Shown piece after piece: positions 1-9,059 of a stretch of DNA of 64,000 bases. Below the pieces are notes generated by a model. The model was given only the letters and a program-made list of their open reading frames with translations, had not been told where the DNA came from and did no database searches. Origin of the DNA: Candidatus Levyibacteriota bacterium (GTDB taxonomy: Bacteria > Patescibacteriota > Microgenomatia > Levybacterales > UBA12049); the NCBI GenBank assembly GCA_038254115.1, contig JBBSGK010000002.1:5589-69588 (forward strand), read 5' to 3'. Numbering within the stretch: the stretch's first letter is position 1; each line of letters opens with the position of its first letter. Position numbers and translations under genes: made by a program.

Positions 1-663
1 CAATCCGGCCTTTGTAATCGTCACGGGATAATGTTGTCATAAGGATTTGAAGTGGTTTTTCCGGGTCCCCTGATGGTTCGGGGACATATTTAAGAATTGC
101 ATCAAAAATCGGGGAGATATCGGCCATTGATGCCAAATCAGGCTCAAGTCCTGCTTTACCTTCCTTTGCAGATGCATAGACAATTGGAAAATCAGCTGTC
201 TCATCATCAGCCCCCAGCTCCAAAAACAGATCAAGTGTTTTGTCGTGTACTTCATGAATCCTTGCATCCGACCTGTCAATCTTATTAACAACAACAATAA
301 TCTTCAGTTTTTTCCTCAGCGCGTGCTTGAGAACAAAACGGGTTTGGGGCATAGGACCTTCTTTTGCGTCTATCAGAAGCAAGCATCCGTCAGCCATTGT
401 CAGAACGCGCTCAACCTCACCGCCAAAATCAGCGTGTCCGGGTGTATCGATGATGTTGATTTTGGTGCCATTCCAGTCAACTGATGCGTTTTTGGAAAAA
501 ATTGTAATTCCACGCTCTTTCTCAAGCTCGTTACTATCCATGATGAGATCTGTGCCTGATACTTCTTTGTTAAGATCCGTCTTTGATTGACGAAGAAGCG
601 CATCAACAAGAGTAGTCTTTCCGTGGTCAACGTGGGCTATAATTGCAACGTTACGTATGTTCA
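1..663 (-). CDS. typA: Translational GTPase TypA/BipA, N-terminal part (gene continues past window start)
   Basis: Minus-strand translation from the ATG at 661-663 gives MNIRNVAIIAHVDHGKTTLVDALLRQSK...DTPGHADFGGEVER...VVVNKIDR. G1-G4 GTPase motifs with a TypA/BipA-type N-terminus; no stop codon before position 1. Confidence 0.8.
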
Positions 664-727
664 TAATAATAAACCTCGCACTTCGCGAGGCCCATTAATG
701 ATATCATTTTAACCCAATAATTGCAAT

Positions 728-2365
728 TTATTTCTGGGCTTTTGCCATTTCTTTGAAGGAGACTGCTTTGGTCTTGGGAATAAAAAGCGATGAGAACGCT
801 CCAGCAAGGGTGAAATAAAATGCAAGAGTAAGGGCTGCTTTTGCGCCGTCCGTTACGGCTTGCGATATATCAAGTTTTAAAGCCTTTGCGATTTCCGGAT
901 ATTGACGGGCAAATTTCGGATCTCCTTTTGCGCCGCTTTCAACATTTACATTTTTTATACTCTCAATTATTTTTGATTTGGCAAAAGCCGGGATCCGGTT
1001 ATCTGATTTAATATTTTGCGGAATGTTTGTCGTGAGAGTTCCGGCCAAAATTGTTCCCAAAATAGCAATACCAATACTTGTTCCGATCTGCCTCACTGTT
1101 GAATTAACAGCGGATGCCTCGCCCGCTAGTTTTATATTCACTTGAGAGATAACTATATTTGTAAGCTGCGCGCTCGCCATACCTATGCCTGCCCCAAAAA
1201 GAATTAGCCCGGGAGCCAGAGTCATACCTGTTGCCGTCGTACTGAATAAATTTCCTAAGAGAAAAATTCCAAAAGCTGTTACGAACATTCCGATTGTTGA
1301 TATCCATTTGGGACCAATTTTTGATGCAATAAATCCGGACAGTGGACCAAAAATAGCCACACTTACGGATGCAAACATGAATACAAGCCCGGTATTAAAT
1401 GCATCTAGTCCGAGGGCATTCTGCAGATAAATTGTAAGCACAAAGAACACCCCGATAAGTCCCATTGATAGAATTCCAAGTGTTATAAGGCCTAGTGAAA
1501 ATCCCCGGTTTTTGAACATGCTCATTCTAAGGAGCGGATCCTGTCCGTTCCGCTCAAGTTTATTCTCAACCAAAACAAAAAGTATTAGAAGAATAGCCGA
1601 CAAGCCAAAGGCATATGGAATTATTGATATACCCGTATTGTTCCATGCAAAACTACCAAGAGAAAAAAGCTCCTGAGGGGCCCACCAGCCGTATTTACGG
1701 CCTTCAATAAGTCCGAAGATTAATATAAATAATCCGGAAGCTGAAAGAAATGTTCCGGCAATATCAAACTTTTTACCCCCATCACCTTTGGATTCCTGGA
1801 TAAATATCGATCCGATTATAGCAACTAAGGCTACAGCTACGTTGATACGAAGCGACCAGCGCCATGAGTAATAAGTTGTCAAAAATCCTCCGAGAAGAGG
1901 CCCGACGCTTGCGGATCCACCTGCAACTGATCCCCAAATTCCAAAAGCCACTGCTCTTTCTTTTCCCTGAAATTCACTTGCAATAAGAGAAAGCGATGAA
2001 GTCATAAGCATCGCGGCGCCAATTGCCTCTATAAAGGCCTCACCTAAAAATAAAATGTAAACATTCGGAGCGATCGAGGCAATAAAAGAGCCTACTGCAA
2101 AAAATACCGTGCCGATTAAGAAGATTTTTTTCCGGCCGTATAGATCACCGAGCCTTCCCATAATTATTAGCAGGGTTGCGATAATCAATGCGTAGCCTGA
2201 AATCACCCACTGAATTGCATCAAAGGTTGTGTTGAGATCCCGGAGAATATAAGGTATCGCAACGTTAAGCACTGTATTATCGATGATTACAATTGCAATT
2301 GAAAGAGCGAGAACGACTAGCGCATACCATCTGTATTTATCTGTTGAGAATCTGGATAAATTCAT
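728..2365 (-). CDS. MFS transporter, DHA2 (EmrB/QacA-like) 14-TMS drug:H+ antiporter family
   Basis: 545-aa polytopic protein. The N-terminal half (LGRLGDLYGRKKIFLIGTVFFAVGS..., GPLLGGFLT...W) matches MFS signature loops. A long hydrophobic central region with 14 predicted spans is typical of DHA2. Confidence 0.75.
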   Translation of the reverse strand: MNLSRFSTDKYRWYALVVLALSIAIVIIDNTVLNVAIPYILRDLNTTFDAIQWVISGYALIIATLLIIMGRLGDLYGRKKIFLIGTVFFAVGSFIASIAPNVYILFLGEAFIEAIGAAMLMTSSLSLIASEFQGKERAVAFGIWGSVAGGSASVGPLLGGFLTTYYSWRWSLRINVAVALVAIIGSIFIQESKGDGGKKFDIAGTFLSASGLFILIFGLIEGRKYGWWAPQELFSLGSFAWNNTGISIIPYAFGLSAILLILFVLVENKLERNGQDPLLRMSMFKNRGFSLGLITLGILSMGLIGVFFVLTIYLQNALGLDAFNTGLVFMFASVSVAIFGPLSGFIASKIGPKWISTIGMFVTAFGIFLLGNLFSTTATGMTLAPGLILFGAGIGMASAQLTNIVISQVNIKLAGEASAVNSTVRQIGTSIGIAILGTILAGTLTTNIPQNIKSDNRIPAFAKSKIIESIKNVNVESGAKGDPKFARQYPEIAKALKLDISQAVTDGAKAALTLAFYFTLAGAFSSLFIPKTKAVSFKEMAKAQK

Positions 2366-2376
2366 ACAATCAGCTA

Positions 2377-3387
2377 TTATAACCCATACTCACTATCAAT
2401 GGAATCCCTGACGCTCATTGTTACTATTTTATCAGCTCCCAAAAGCTCTGAAACTTTTACAAACTCATAACCTTTCTCTTTTAAAGCTCCTATTATTTTG
2501 GGCAGAGCATTTGCAGTCTCGGGTTCGTTTGGAAAACCATTCATATGGAGGACGATTATAGAACCATTTTTTACATTGTCCAAAATATTTTTTTCAATAA
2601 GTCCGCGGTCACCATTAAATCCATCCTGGCCCGCAACATCCCAATGCACGACTTTCAGGCCCTCCTTTTTCACATTTTCCAAATCAGTCTTTGAATAACA
2701 TCCGCCCGGAAATCTAAAATATTTATTTCCACTTTTACCGTATTCACTCAGGAGCTTCTGTGTTTTATTTATTTCTTCCTTATCCTGATCGTCTTTTGAA
2801 GGAGTTAGCCCGTAACAATGTCCATCGAATGATGGATGAGAGTAGGAATGGTTGGCAAGCTCAAACAAGGAATCGCCTGCCAGGAAACTTGTCTCTGTGG
2901 GATATGATTCGATCCACATCCCGCTTAAAAAAAGCGTTGCCTTTGTATTCGTGTTTTTGAGTATCTCAATTGTCCGGTGATCATAATAACTCTGAATTCT
3001 TCCGCGAGTTAAATTATTTTTCATCCGGGGAGTCATATCCGCGTCAAATGTAAGCGCAATTTTTTTCTTATCCGTCGGGCCGTGGAAAACGACGTCATCA
3101 TTTTTTGATACGGGACGGGGAATATTATTTTCACTGATTTGAGATAGGGGACTAATATCAGATAAGAGTTTGGTGTTTTCTGTAGCATAAACCGGAATAA
3201 TAAGTTTTTCCTTAAGCGGTATGCTGCCTGCCAGTACTATTATAATAAGGAGCATAGAAAACAATAAATTTTTATTTATGTTTATTACAGGTAGAGTAGG
3301 TAAGGAGTACTTTGGAGAGTAGGATATTTTGATTTGTACTTTTAAACCGAAAAATCCAAACTTGGCTTTTTTATATTTTTTTGCCAT
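2377..3387 (-). CDS. Polysaccharide deacetylase (NodB-homology domain), N-terminal membrane anchor
   Basis: Motifs TFDADM (metal-binding Asp-Asp), HSYSHP and IIVLHMNG match the carbohydrate esterase family 4 deacetylase core. One N-terminal hydrophobic span. Confidence 0.75.
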   Translation of the reverse strand: MAKKYKKAKFGFFGLKVQIKISYSPKYSLPTLPVININKNLLFSMLLIIIVLAGSIPLKEKLIIPVYATENTKLLSDISPLSQISENNIPRPVSKNDDVVFHGPTDKKKIALTFDADMTPRMKNNLTRGRIQSYYDHRTIEILKNTNTKATLFLSGMWIESYPTETSFLAGDSLFELANHSYSHPSFDGHCYGLTPSKDDQDKEEINKTQKLLSEYGKSGNKYFRFPGGCYSKTDLENVKKEGLKVVHWDVAGQDGFNGDRGLIEKNILDNVKNGSIIVLHMNGFPNEPETANALPKIIGALKEKGYEFVKVSELLGADKIVTMSVRDSIDSEYGL

Positions 3388-3420
3388 TCAATATTATTAT
3401 ATGCAATGCACACGGGCTAA

Positions 3421-4233
3421 TCAAGCATTATTTATTATATCAGCGCTTTTAAGAAGGCCATCAAGATCTGTCTCAATCTCCATGGTAAGAAGTCCATCGT
3501 ATTTTTCAGATTTTAGTGTTTTTAGGAACTCATCAATCGGAAGTGTTCCCTTTCCCAGAGGCATATGTTTGTAGCGCATGGGTCTTAGCGAATTATTGAG
3601 ATAATGCTTTTTGTAATCGCTGAGATGTATATTAACTATTCTATCCTTGTTGTTTTTGAAAAAGTCTATAATGTCACCGTTTGATTGGCCCAAATGGCAA
3701 ACATCCAATGTAATATTAAAGTTCTTCTCCTCCATAAGTGATGCAAATTTTTTTGAATCCCAGCAATATGCGCTAAGTGCGGACACCACATGTTTTTCTT
3801 GATTTTCAAAACCGATTTTTATCTTATATTCTTCTTCCAGAAGATGCAGGGAATCGATATATTTGGTATCAAATAACTGTTTCCCGACAGAGCTCATGTG
3901 TAAGACAATTACTTTTGCGCCGAGAAGCCGGGCTGATTCAAATAAACTTTTGATCTCTGAAATCCTGGTCTTTGTCAGAAAACGAAGAGCCTGGTGCACG
4001 CTGTAGATTTTCATCTTGTTCTCTTGAGCGGATTTTTTAAGATCTTCAATATCAGTAGGTGTTACGAAGTTGGGGAGAAGCACCTCAATCCCTTCAATTC
4101 CTGATTTCTTCATTTCGGAGAAGACTTTACGAGCAGGTGTATTGCCAAAAATTCTGTTCTTTACGACCTTGTTAAGTATTCGCCGCTTTTCGGGAAGGAT
4201 GTCGGTGAGAAATAGGTGGACCGAAGTTTTCAT
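3421..4233 (-). CDS. Sugar-phosphate isomerase/epimerase, xylose-isomerase-like TIM barrel (AP endonuclease 2 fold)
   Basis: KVIVLHMSS...KIGFENQEKH...ITLDVCHLGQSNGD...VNIHLSDYKKH...MPLGKGTLPIDEF. His/Glu/Asp metal ligands placed as in this fold. Confidence 0.55.
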   Translation of the reverse strand: MKTSVHLFLTDILPEKRRILNKVVKNRIFGNTPARKVFSEMKKSGIEGIEVLLPNFVTPTDIEDLKKSAQENKMKIYSVHQALRFLTKTRISEIKSLFESARLLGAKVIVLHMSSVGKQLFDTKYIDSLHLLEEEYKIKIGFENQEKHVVSALSAYCWDSKKFASLMEEKNFNITLDVCHLGQSNGDIIDFFKNNKDRIVNIHLSDYKKHYLNNSLRPMRYKHMPLGKGTLPIDEFLKTLKSEKYDGLLTMEIETDLDGLLKSADIINNA

Positions 4234-4352
4234 TTATATGAAATTATAAACTATTATTCACGCAAATTCTATGGCAATCAAAGTGTGTTAATATTTAAAT
4301 ATATTATTATAGGTTGTAATTAGTTTCTAAGTATGATACAATAGTTATAACT

Positions 4353-4841
4353 ATGAGAGAACAACATTTGAATTCAGGCGAGCAAGATTTATTTGATAAT
4401 TTGCATTTGGTAGAACTCGCAATTAAACATTTACCAAATCCAAAGGATAAATTTTCTTACGAAGAACAAGGTGATTATAACGACAGACTTGCTACCTTGC
4501 ATCTCGCAGGTTACATGATCGCAACTCGTGCAGGACGCCCACACCTGGCATCAACATATAAAGAAGATGCTCAATTAGAAAAACCTGATAGAGTAGGAGA
4601 GTTTGACAAGTTATCACCCGATGGGCAGCTGGAATTTTTGTTCATGAATGTCAGTGTTCACAGGACAGACTTCCAGCTCCCAACACTGCTTGCATCAATG
4701 ATTTCAGACCGCACTTTATCTAAAAACTGTCTTAGCAGGATACCCGCCATACCACATGAACCACAGAGACGACGTAACGGAATTACTAAACCAGGATTAT
4801 CACCAACATCATTTCCACCAAAGTACAAATATATTTTTTAG
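4353..4841 (+). CDS. Hypothetical protein (island gene 1), no recognisable domain
   Basis: 162-aa ORF, first gene of the GC-richer block. Upstream TTGTAA-N17-TACAAT promoter. Confidence 0.45.
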   Translation: MREQHLNSGEQDLFDNLHLVELAIKHLPNPKDKFSYEEQGDYNDRLATLHLAGYMIATRAGRPHLASTYKEDAQLEKPDRVGEFDKLSPDGQLEFLFMNVSVHRTDFQLPTLLASMISDRTLSKNCLSRIPAIPHEPQRRRNGITKPGLSPTSFPPKYKYIF

Positions 4842-4896
4842 ATATTTTATTATAAGTTATATTACTTCTTGACAAATAAAATTTTAGTGATATACT

Positions 4897-5487
4897 ATGG
4901 GGAATATGGGTAGAGAACGAGATGAAATACATGTTTCACTTAGACCAGATGACCTTGTAGGGTTAATGGCCAAATACGCCGGAAGAGCCCCAGGTGATGA
5001 AAGTCCCTTGGTAGTGAGAGCGAGAACCTTGGACAACCCTCATGATGGTGATTCTGGTAATAACCCATCCCTTAGATCAAGGCGAAGAAGATATGGACTA
5101 GCTGCTATAGCATTACCAGTAGCTGCGGGTTTGATATGGGTCGGACTGGACGGTAAATCCCCTATGGGTGGAAGTGCTGAGAAAAAAGGAAACACTACTC
5201 CCACAACCCTCCCGACAACTGTTAAGACTGAAGCACCGGCATCATCTGCTCCTCCTACAACTGCCGCACGGGTCGAGGCACCTCCACCATCTGCTCCTCC
5301 TACAACTGCCGCACGGGCCGAGGCAACTGCACCATCTGCTCCTCCTGCAACTTCTGCCGCACCGGCCGAAGCACCTGCGCCCACTCCTACAGAACCACCA
5401 AAATTATCGCCAGCACTCACACAGGGTTTACAAGATACTAATAGATTTCCCGGTAAAAGTGATCATAACACTGCGGTAGGTCAATAA
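4897..5487 (+). CDS. Hypothetical single-pass membrane protein with Pro/Ala/Thr-rich repeat tail (island gene 2)
   Basis: Hydrophobic span YGLAAIALPVAAGLIWVGL, then three imperfect 45-48-bp tandem DNA repeats (5233-5373) encoding APPTTAARxEAP units. The TTGACA-N16-TATACT promoter ends directly at the ATG. Confidence 0.55.
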   Translation: MGNMGRERDEIHVSLRPDDLVGLMAKYAGRAPGDESPLVVRARTLDNPHDGDSGNNPSLRSRRRRYGLAAIALPVAAGLIWVGLDGKSPMGGSAEKKGNTTPTTLPTTVKTEAPASSAPPTTAARVEAPPPSAPPTTAARAEATAPSAPPATSAAPAEAPAPTPTEPPKLSPALTQGLQDTNRFPGKSDHNTAVGQ

Positions 5488-5511
5488 GGCCGCAGATCAT
5501 ATTAAATAATT

Positions 5512-6537
5512 ATGGCAAGACATGAACAAGGGAAAACACATGAATTTAGACAGGCCTTACGAAGGTCCCAAGATCCCGAAATAGACGGAGATACCCCCCA
5601 ATGGAGTCACAGACCGAATTTGGATGAAAGAGGATTCACCAATATAAAGACACTAAAGCGCGCGGGATGGATAGTTGGAGGTGTTGTCGTAGGAACTGCG
5701 ACACTCGCATACTGTGTGCCACAAGCCGCTAAAGAAGGTGCAAGAAAAACAGCGCAAGATGTCCGTGACGCAGCCGGAAGATTTGTTTATAGTGAACAGC
5801 AAAGAACCACAATGGAAGGTATTATAGGCGGTGAGACGAACAAAAGAGAGGATAATATCGCTACCGACAGGACATATCTTGTTAAAATAAGAAGAGATAA
5901 ATTGCGTGAAATTCTAGGAAGGGAAGTGCCGGGGTGGATGACAAAAGGCGGAGGTGAGCTAACCATGCGTTATAAAGCGTTAGTTGGGGTGGACCACGCT
6001 GGTTTGATAGGCAATAATACCCTTTCTGAAGACGGTCTAAGAGTAACAACACGATTACCATTCCCCCACGTAATTGAAGCATTCCCGGATATAAGCGATA
6101 AACACCCTCACCTAGAAATTGAGAGTGGCGTAATTGAAGATTTCGTAGGTCAACTAAAAAGAATGGGAGGACAGGATTCAAAGAATCCTGACGAGATTCT
6201 TGCAATTGCTTTTGATTTGGCCCGAGTAGGAGAGAAAGCTGTTATTACAAATTTCATACAAAACGACTTTATGTTTCAACGATTTACAACGGACTGGATC
6301 ACCGCGCAGACCAAGAAAGATCTAGAAAAAACACGTGATGCTTTTCACTTGCCATATACGAGTGAAGATGTCATTTTCGAAGACAAGCCGGAGGTGCCGG
6401 TAAAAGATCGACTACCTGCAGGCGTATTTATCGATGCTGTGGACAAACCCAATGCTCATGGAGCTCCCCCTCCTCCGGAACCCAATCCGGCAATTGCCGC
6501 ACAGCCTAACGCTCCCAGACACGCGGCGGGCGGTTAA
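5512..6537 (+). CDS. Hypothetical membrane-anchored protein (island gene 3)
   Basis: 341 aa, N-proximal hydrophobic span GWIVGGVVVGTATLAYCV, Pro-rich C-terminus. Lies 24 bp after gene 2, so probably co-transcribed. Confidence 0.5.
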   Translation: MARHEQGKTHEFRQALRRSQDPEIDGDTPQWSHRPNLDERGFTNIKTLKRAGWIVGGVVVGTATLAYCVPQAAKEGARKTAQDVRDAAGRFVYSEQQRTTMEGIIGGETNKREDNIATDRTYLVKIRRDKLREILGREVPGWMTKGGGELTMRYKALVGVDHAGLIGNNTLSEDGLRVTTRLPFPHVIEAFPDISDKHPHLEIESGVIEDFVGQLKRMGGQDSKNPDEILAIAFDLARVGEKAVITNFIQNDFMFQRFTTDWITAQTKKDLEKTRDAFHLPYTSEDVIFEDKPEVPVKDRLPAGVFIDAVDKPNAHGAPPPPEPNPAIAAQPNAPRHAAGG

Positions 6538-6553
6538 TTTGGTAAAATAAAAT

Positions 6554-7204
6554 ATGAATGAAAGAAGACGAATTACAAGAAAATGCGTAGCGGTAACATT
6601 AGGTGTAGCAACTTTAGCTGGCGCGGATGCCATGGCTCTTCAGGCAAGCAAGCATGATTGGACAACGCATAGACAACGCGAAGCAATATTAGTTGCTGCA
6701 GCCCCCCCGTTGAAAGATGCCGCATGGGCTGTCGCGCCAGGTCCTGTAAAAGTTGAAAGACATTTGGGTCTGGATTTTCCTCAAGGGGAACGCGGACGGG
6801 ATACGGAAAAGGCTGATAAAGCACTTGCTTCTACTGACGGAATATTAGGAAAAGATCCCAACACAAAAGGATCCGTAGATACGGATAAACTCCGTGGATC
6901 AGTTCACTCTGATAATGATAACACTGCTGTAATGGCAAATATTTCAGGTGCCGCAAGTATATTGGAAGATAAAGTAAAAAAATTAGATTCCCAGGCATCA
7001 AAGGAGCGAAACCATGCGCTCGGCGAAGCAGCTCCTTTTGCTCTTGCCACACTTATTGGTGCGGGATATTTAACAATTAAGGCAGGGAGTTCTGTAGCTT
7101 ACCGAATTGGCCAGCGAATAAGACGCAAGCGTATAAAAAGAGAAGCCAGAGAAAGATTAGCCGAAAATGATTCTGACCGCCAGCCTGCACAACCCAAAGT
7201 ATAA
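6554..7204 (+). CDS. Hypothetical secreted/membrane protein (island gene 4)
   Basis: 216 aa. N-terminal signal-like RRRITRKCVAVTLGVATLAGADAMA, C-terminal hydrophobic span followed by a basic tail RIRRKRIKREARER. Confidence 0.5.
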   Translation: MNERRRITRKCVAVTLGVATLAGADAMALQASKHDWTTHRQREAILVAAAPPLKDAAWAVAPGPVKVERHLGLDFPQGERGRDTEKADKALASTDGILGKDPNTKGSVDTDKLRGSVHSDNDNTAVMANISGAASILEDKVKKLDSQASKERNHALGEAAPFALATLIGAGYLTIKAGSSVAYRIGQRIRRKRIKREARERLAENDSDRQPAQPKV

Positions 7205-7322
7205 GCACATAATATGTTTCTTATAACGTATTAAATACAATATCTTCTGTTCTTATAGCTTTTGTATTTAGCCTTATTACTCCTTGACATTTGAGGTATA
7301 TATTGATATACTATGACCCATT

Positions 7323-8981
7323 ATGGGAAGTAATCCCGAAATAGGAAGACGTAAGGAAGAAATACCTCGTAAAGATTTTCGAGTTACTGCTGAATGGGCA
7401 ATGGCACTTTTGGAAAAAGCCCAAGGTCTGCCTACCGTTGCTCCCGCAACCTCAGGGGAAAGCAGACGTAATCCCGGACTAGTTGCTCCCTCCCGGCCAG
7501 GAGGATTAGGGGATCGTGATGTCCAACCCAGTGGAATAATTATTCCTGAAGCTCACGTTAGAGGAGTGAGGAAAATAGTTACCTCCACATCTCCCGATGA
7601 GAAGGAGAGGAGACCCGAAACAGAATTGGAGAGATTTCAGAAAGTGTTTGATAAAGCCTGGAAAATTTCAGGACTTCCTGTAGAAGAAAAACCAAAAACC
7701 GTTGAACCCCAACCCCTATATACAGACAAATACACATATGGTGAAAGTGCTGTATATTTTCAAACAATGGAAGGAGCCGATGTAACAGAATTAATTAGAG
7801 CTCTTATGGACAAAGAACTATATGGGGAGGGTGATAACATTCTTTCTCCTGAAGGCAAAAAATGCTTATCTTTCTTGCTTGAGCATAGCGAAGAAGACTA
7901 CGGCAAGATTGGAAACCGGGCCGAAGGTATGTTTATGCATGCGCGTATAAATCATGAAATAAACATTCTAAAAAAAGCAGGGGAAACCGCCAGTAAAGCT
8001 GATCTATACCCTCAAGTAAAGAATGAATTTGCCCACCGGCGTGAACTTGTATTGCCGGGATACGGATTTGACTATTATAAGGTAACAGAATCAAAATTGC
8101 CTTTTATTGAAGAAGGTAAGGGCATGACTGATGCAACAGGAAATACAGCCACTCTAGATACCCCCGGGGATTTAAATGGTAGTGGAAGTTCTCGCTCCGG
8201 ACGCAGACGCAGACCCAGCCAAAGAACTGCAACAGCCGCTGTTGCATCAGTGGTAGCTGCTGCTCTAGCAGCGGCTGCTGTGACAGGCGTGGTTCCGGCT
8301 GAAGCTATATCAGGAATTCCATTAGCAGGAAGACTGGTAGATGCATCAAGTAAAACACCCAATTCAGCTTCCCACATCCACAAAAAAGGGGATAGAATGA
8401 CCGCAGTAATCCCAGCTAGTACATCTACTTCAGTAGCTACTACCGAAGCACCCAAAGTTACACCCGAAACCAAACCTCAAGTAACTGCCGATATTCCTTG
8501 GCTTAAATTGGACACAATGAACTGGTGCAATGACGCTATAAATGCCTACGCTATACTTCATGGAGCCGATCCTGATCTGGTAAAAATTTACGTTATGGTA
8601 AGAACAGCAGGTAATCCATTTATAAATAAACCCGGCGGCAAAGGAGTAGTGCTCATGACTAATGACTGGGCATCTGATGTTGCAAAAGGAATGGGGAAAG
8701 CCTCCTTTAACCTTATGGATCCAAATGAAAGTTTGGATATATTCTCCACATGGCTTGCAGTCGCAATGAATTTAACAAATGGAAACGTAGGTCTTGTTGC
8801 TGGTGTTTTTGATCGCGGGGATCCTGACCCTTCAGATTTTATCCAAACTGTAGCAGATTTATATGCTCAAAGAAAAGATTCTCAAAGTCCAGCCTACCAA
8901 AAGTTCTTAAGAGATAATGCGGGAATGATTGAAAATGCCCGCGTTGCCTTAAATAGTGCTGGTCTGATAAAACCGAAATAA
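7323..8981 (+). CDS. Hypothetical 552-aa membrane protein with conserved-looking Cys-containing C-terminal domain (island gene 5)
   Basis: Central hydrophobic span AAVASVVAAALAAAAVTGVV. C-terminal ~170 aa (WLKLDTMNWCNDAINAYAILHG...GGKGVVLMTNDWA) looks globular and may be a hydrolase, but its family is unassigned. Own promoter TTGACA-N17-TATACT at 7269-7297. Confidence 0.55.
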   Translation: MGSNPEIGRRKEEIPRKDFRVTAEWAMALLEKAQGLPTVAPATSGESRRNPGLVAPSRPGGLGDRDVQPSGIIIPEAHVRGVRKIVTSTSPDEKERRPETELERFQKVFDKAWKISGLPVEEKPKTVEPQPLYTDKYTYGESAVYFQTMEGADVTELIRALMDKELYGEGDNILSPEGKKCLSFLLEHSEEDYGKIGNRAEGMFMHARINHEINILKKAGETASKADLYPQVKNEFAHRRELVLPGYGFDYYKVTESKLPFIEEGKGMTDATGNTATLDTPGDLNGSGSSRSGRRRRPSQRTATAAVASVVAAALAAAAVTGVVPAEAISGIPLAGRLVDASSKTPNSASHIHKKGDRMTAVIPASTSTSVATTEAPKVTPETKPQVTADIPWLKLDTMNWCNDAINAYAILHGADPDLVKIYVMVRTAGNPFINKPGGKGVVLMTNDWASDVAKGMGKASFNLMDPNESLDIFSTWLAVAMNLTNGNVGLVAGVFDRGDPDPSDFIQTVADLYAQRKDSQSPAYQKFLRDNAGMIENARVALNSAGLIKPK

Positions 8982-9059
8982 TATTATGTATGAAAGAAAT
9001 GCGCCAGGAAATGTAGGATTACATCTTGGTTTGAAGTAAATATATATAGAATTTAACTT

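Noticed and set aside
5233-5373. Possible CRISPR array (regular repeats)
   Set aside because: The repeats are directly adjacent with no spacers, are in-frame coding sequence (PT-rich), and no cas genes are present. No CRISPR array is found anywhere in the window.
5040-5479. ORFs 5040-5420 (-) and 5168-5479 (+) with low-complexity Ala/Gly/His/Leu-rich translations
   Set aside because: They are alternative-frame shadows of the GC-rich Pro/Ala/Thr repeat region inside gene 4897-5487. They have no independent start context.
8075-8473. 132-aa antisense ORF inside island gene 5
   Set aside because: Typical GC-rich antisense shadow. It is fully contained in a longer, better-supported ORF.
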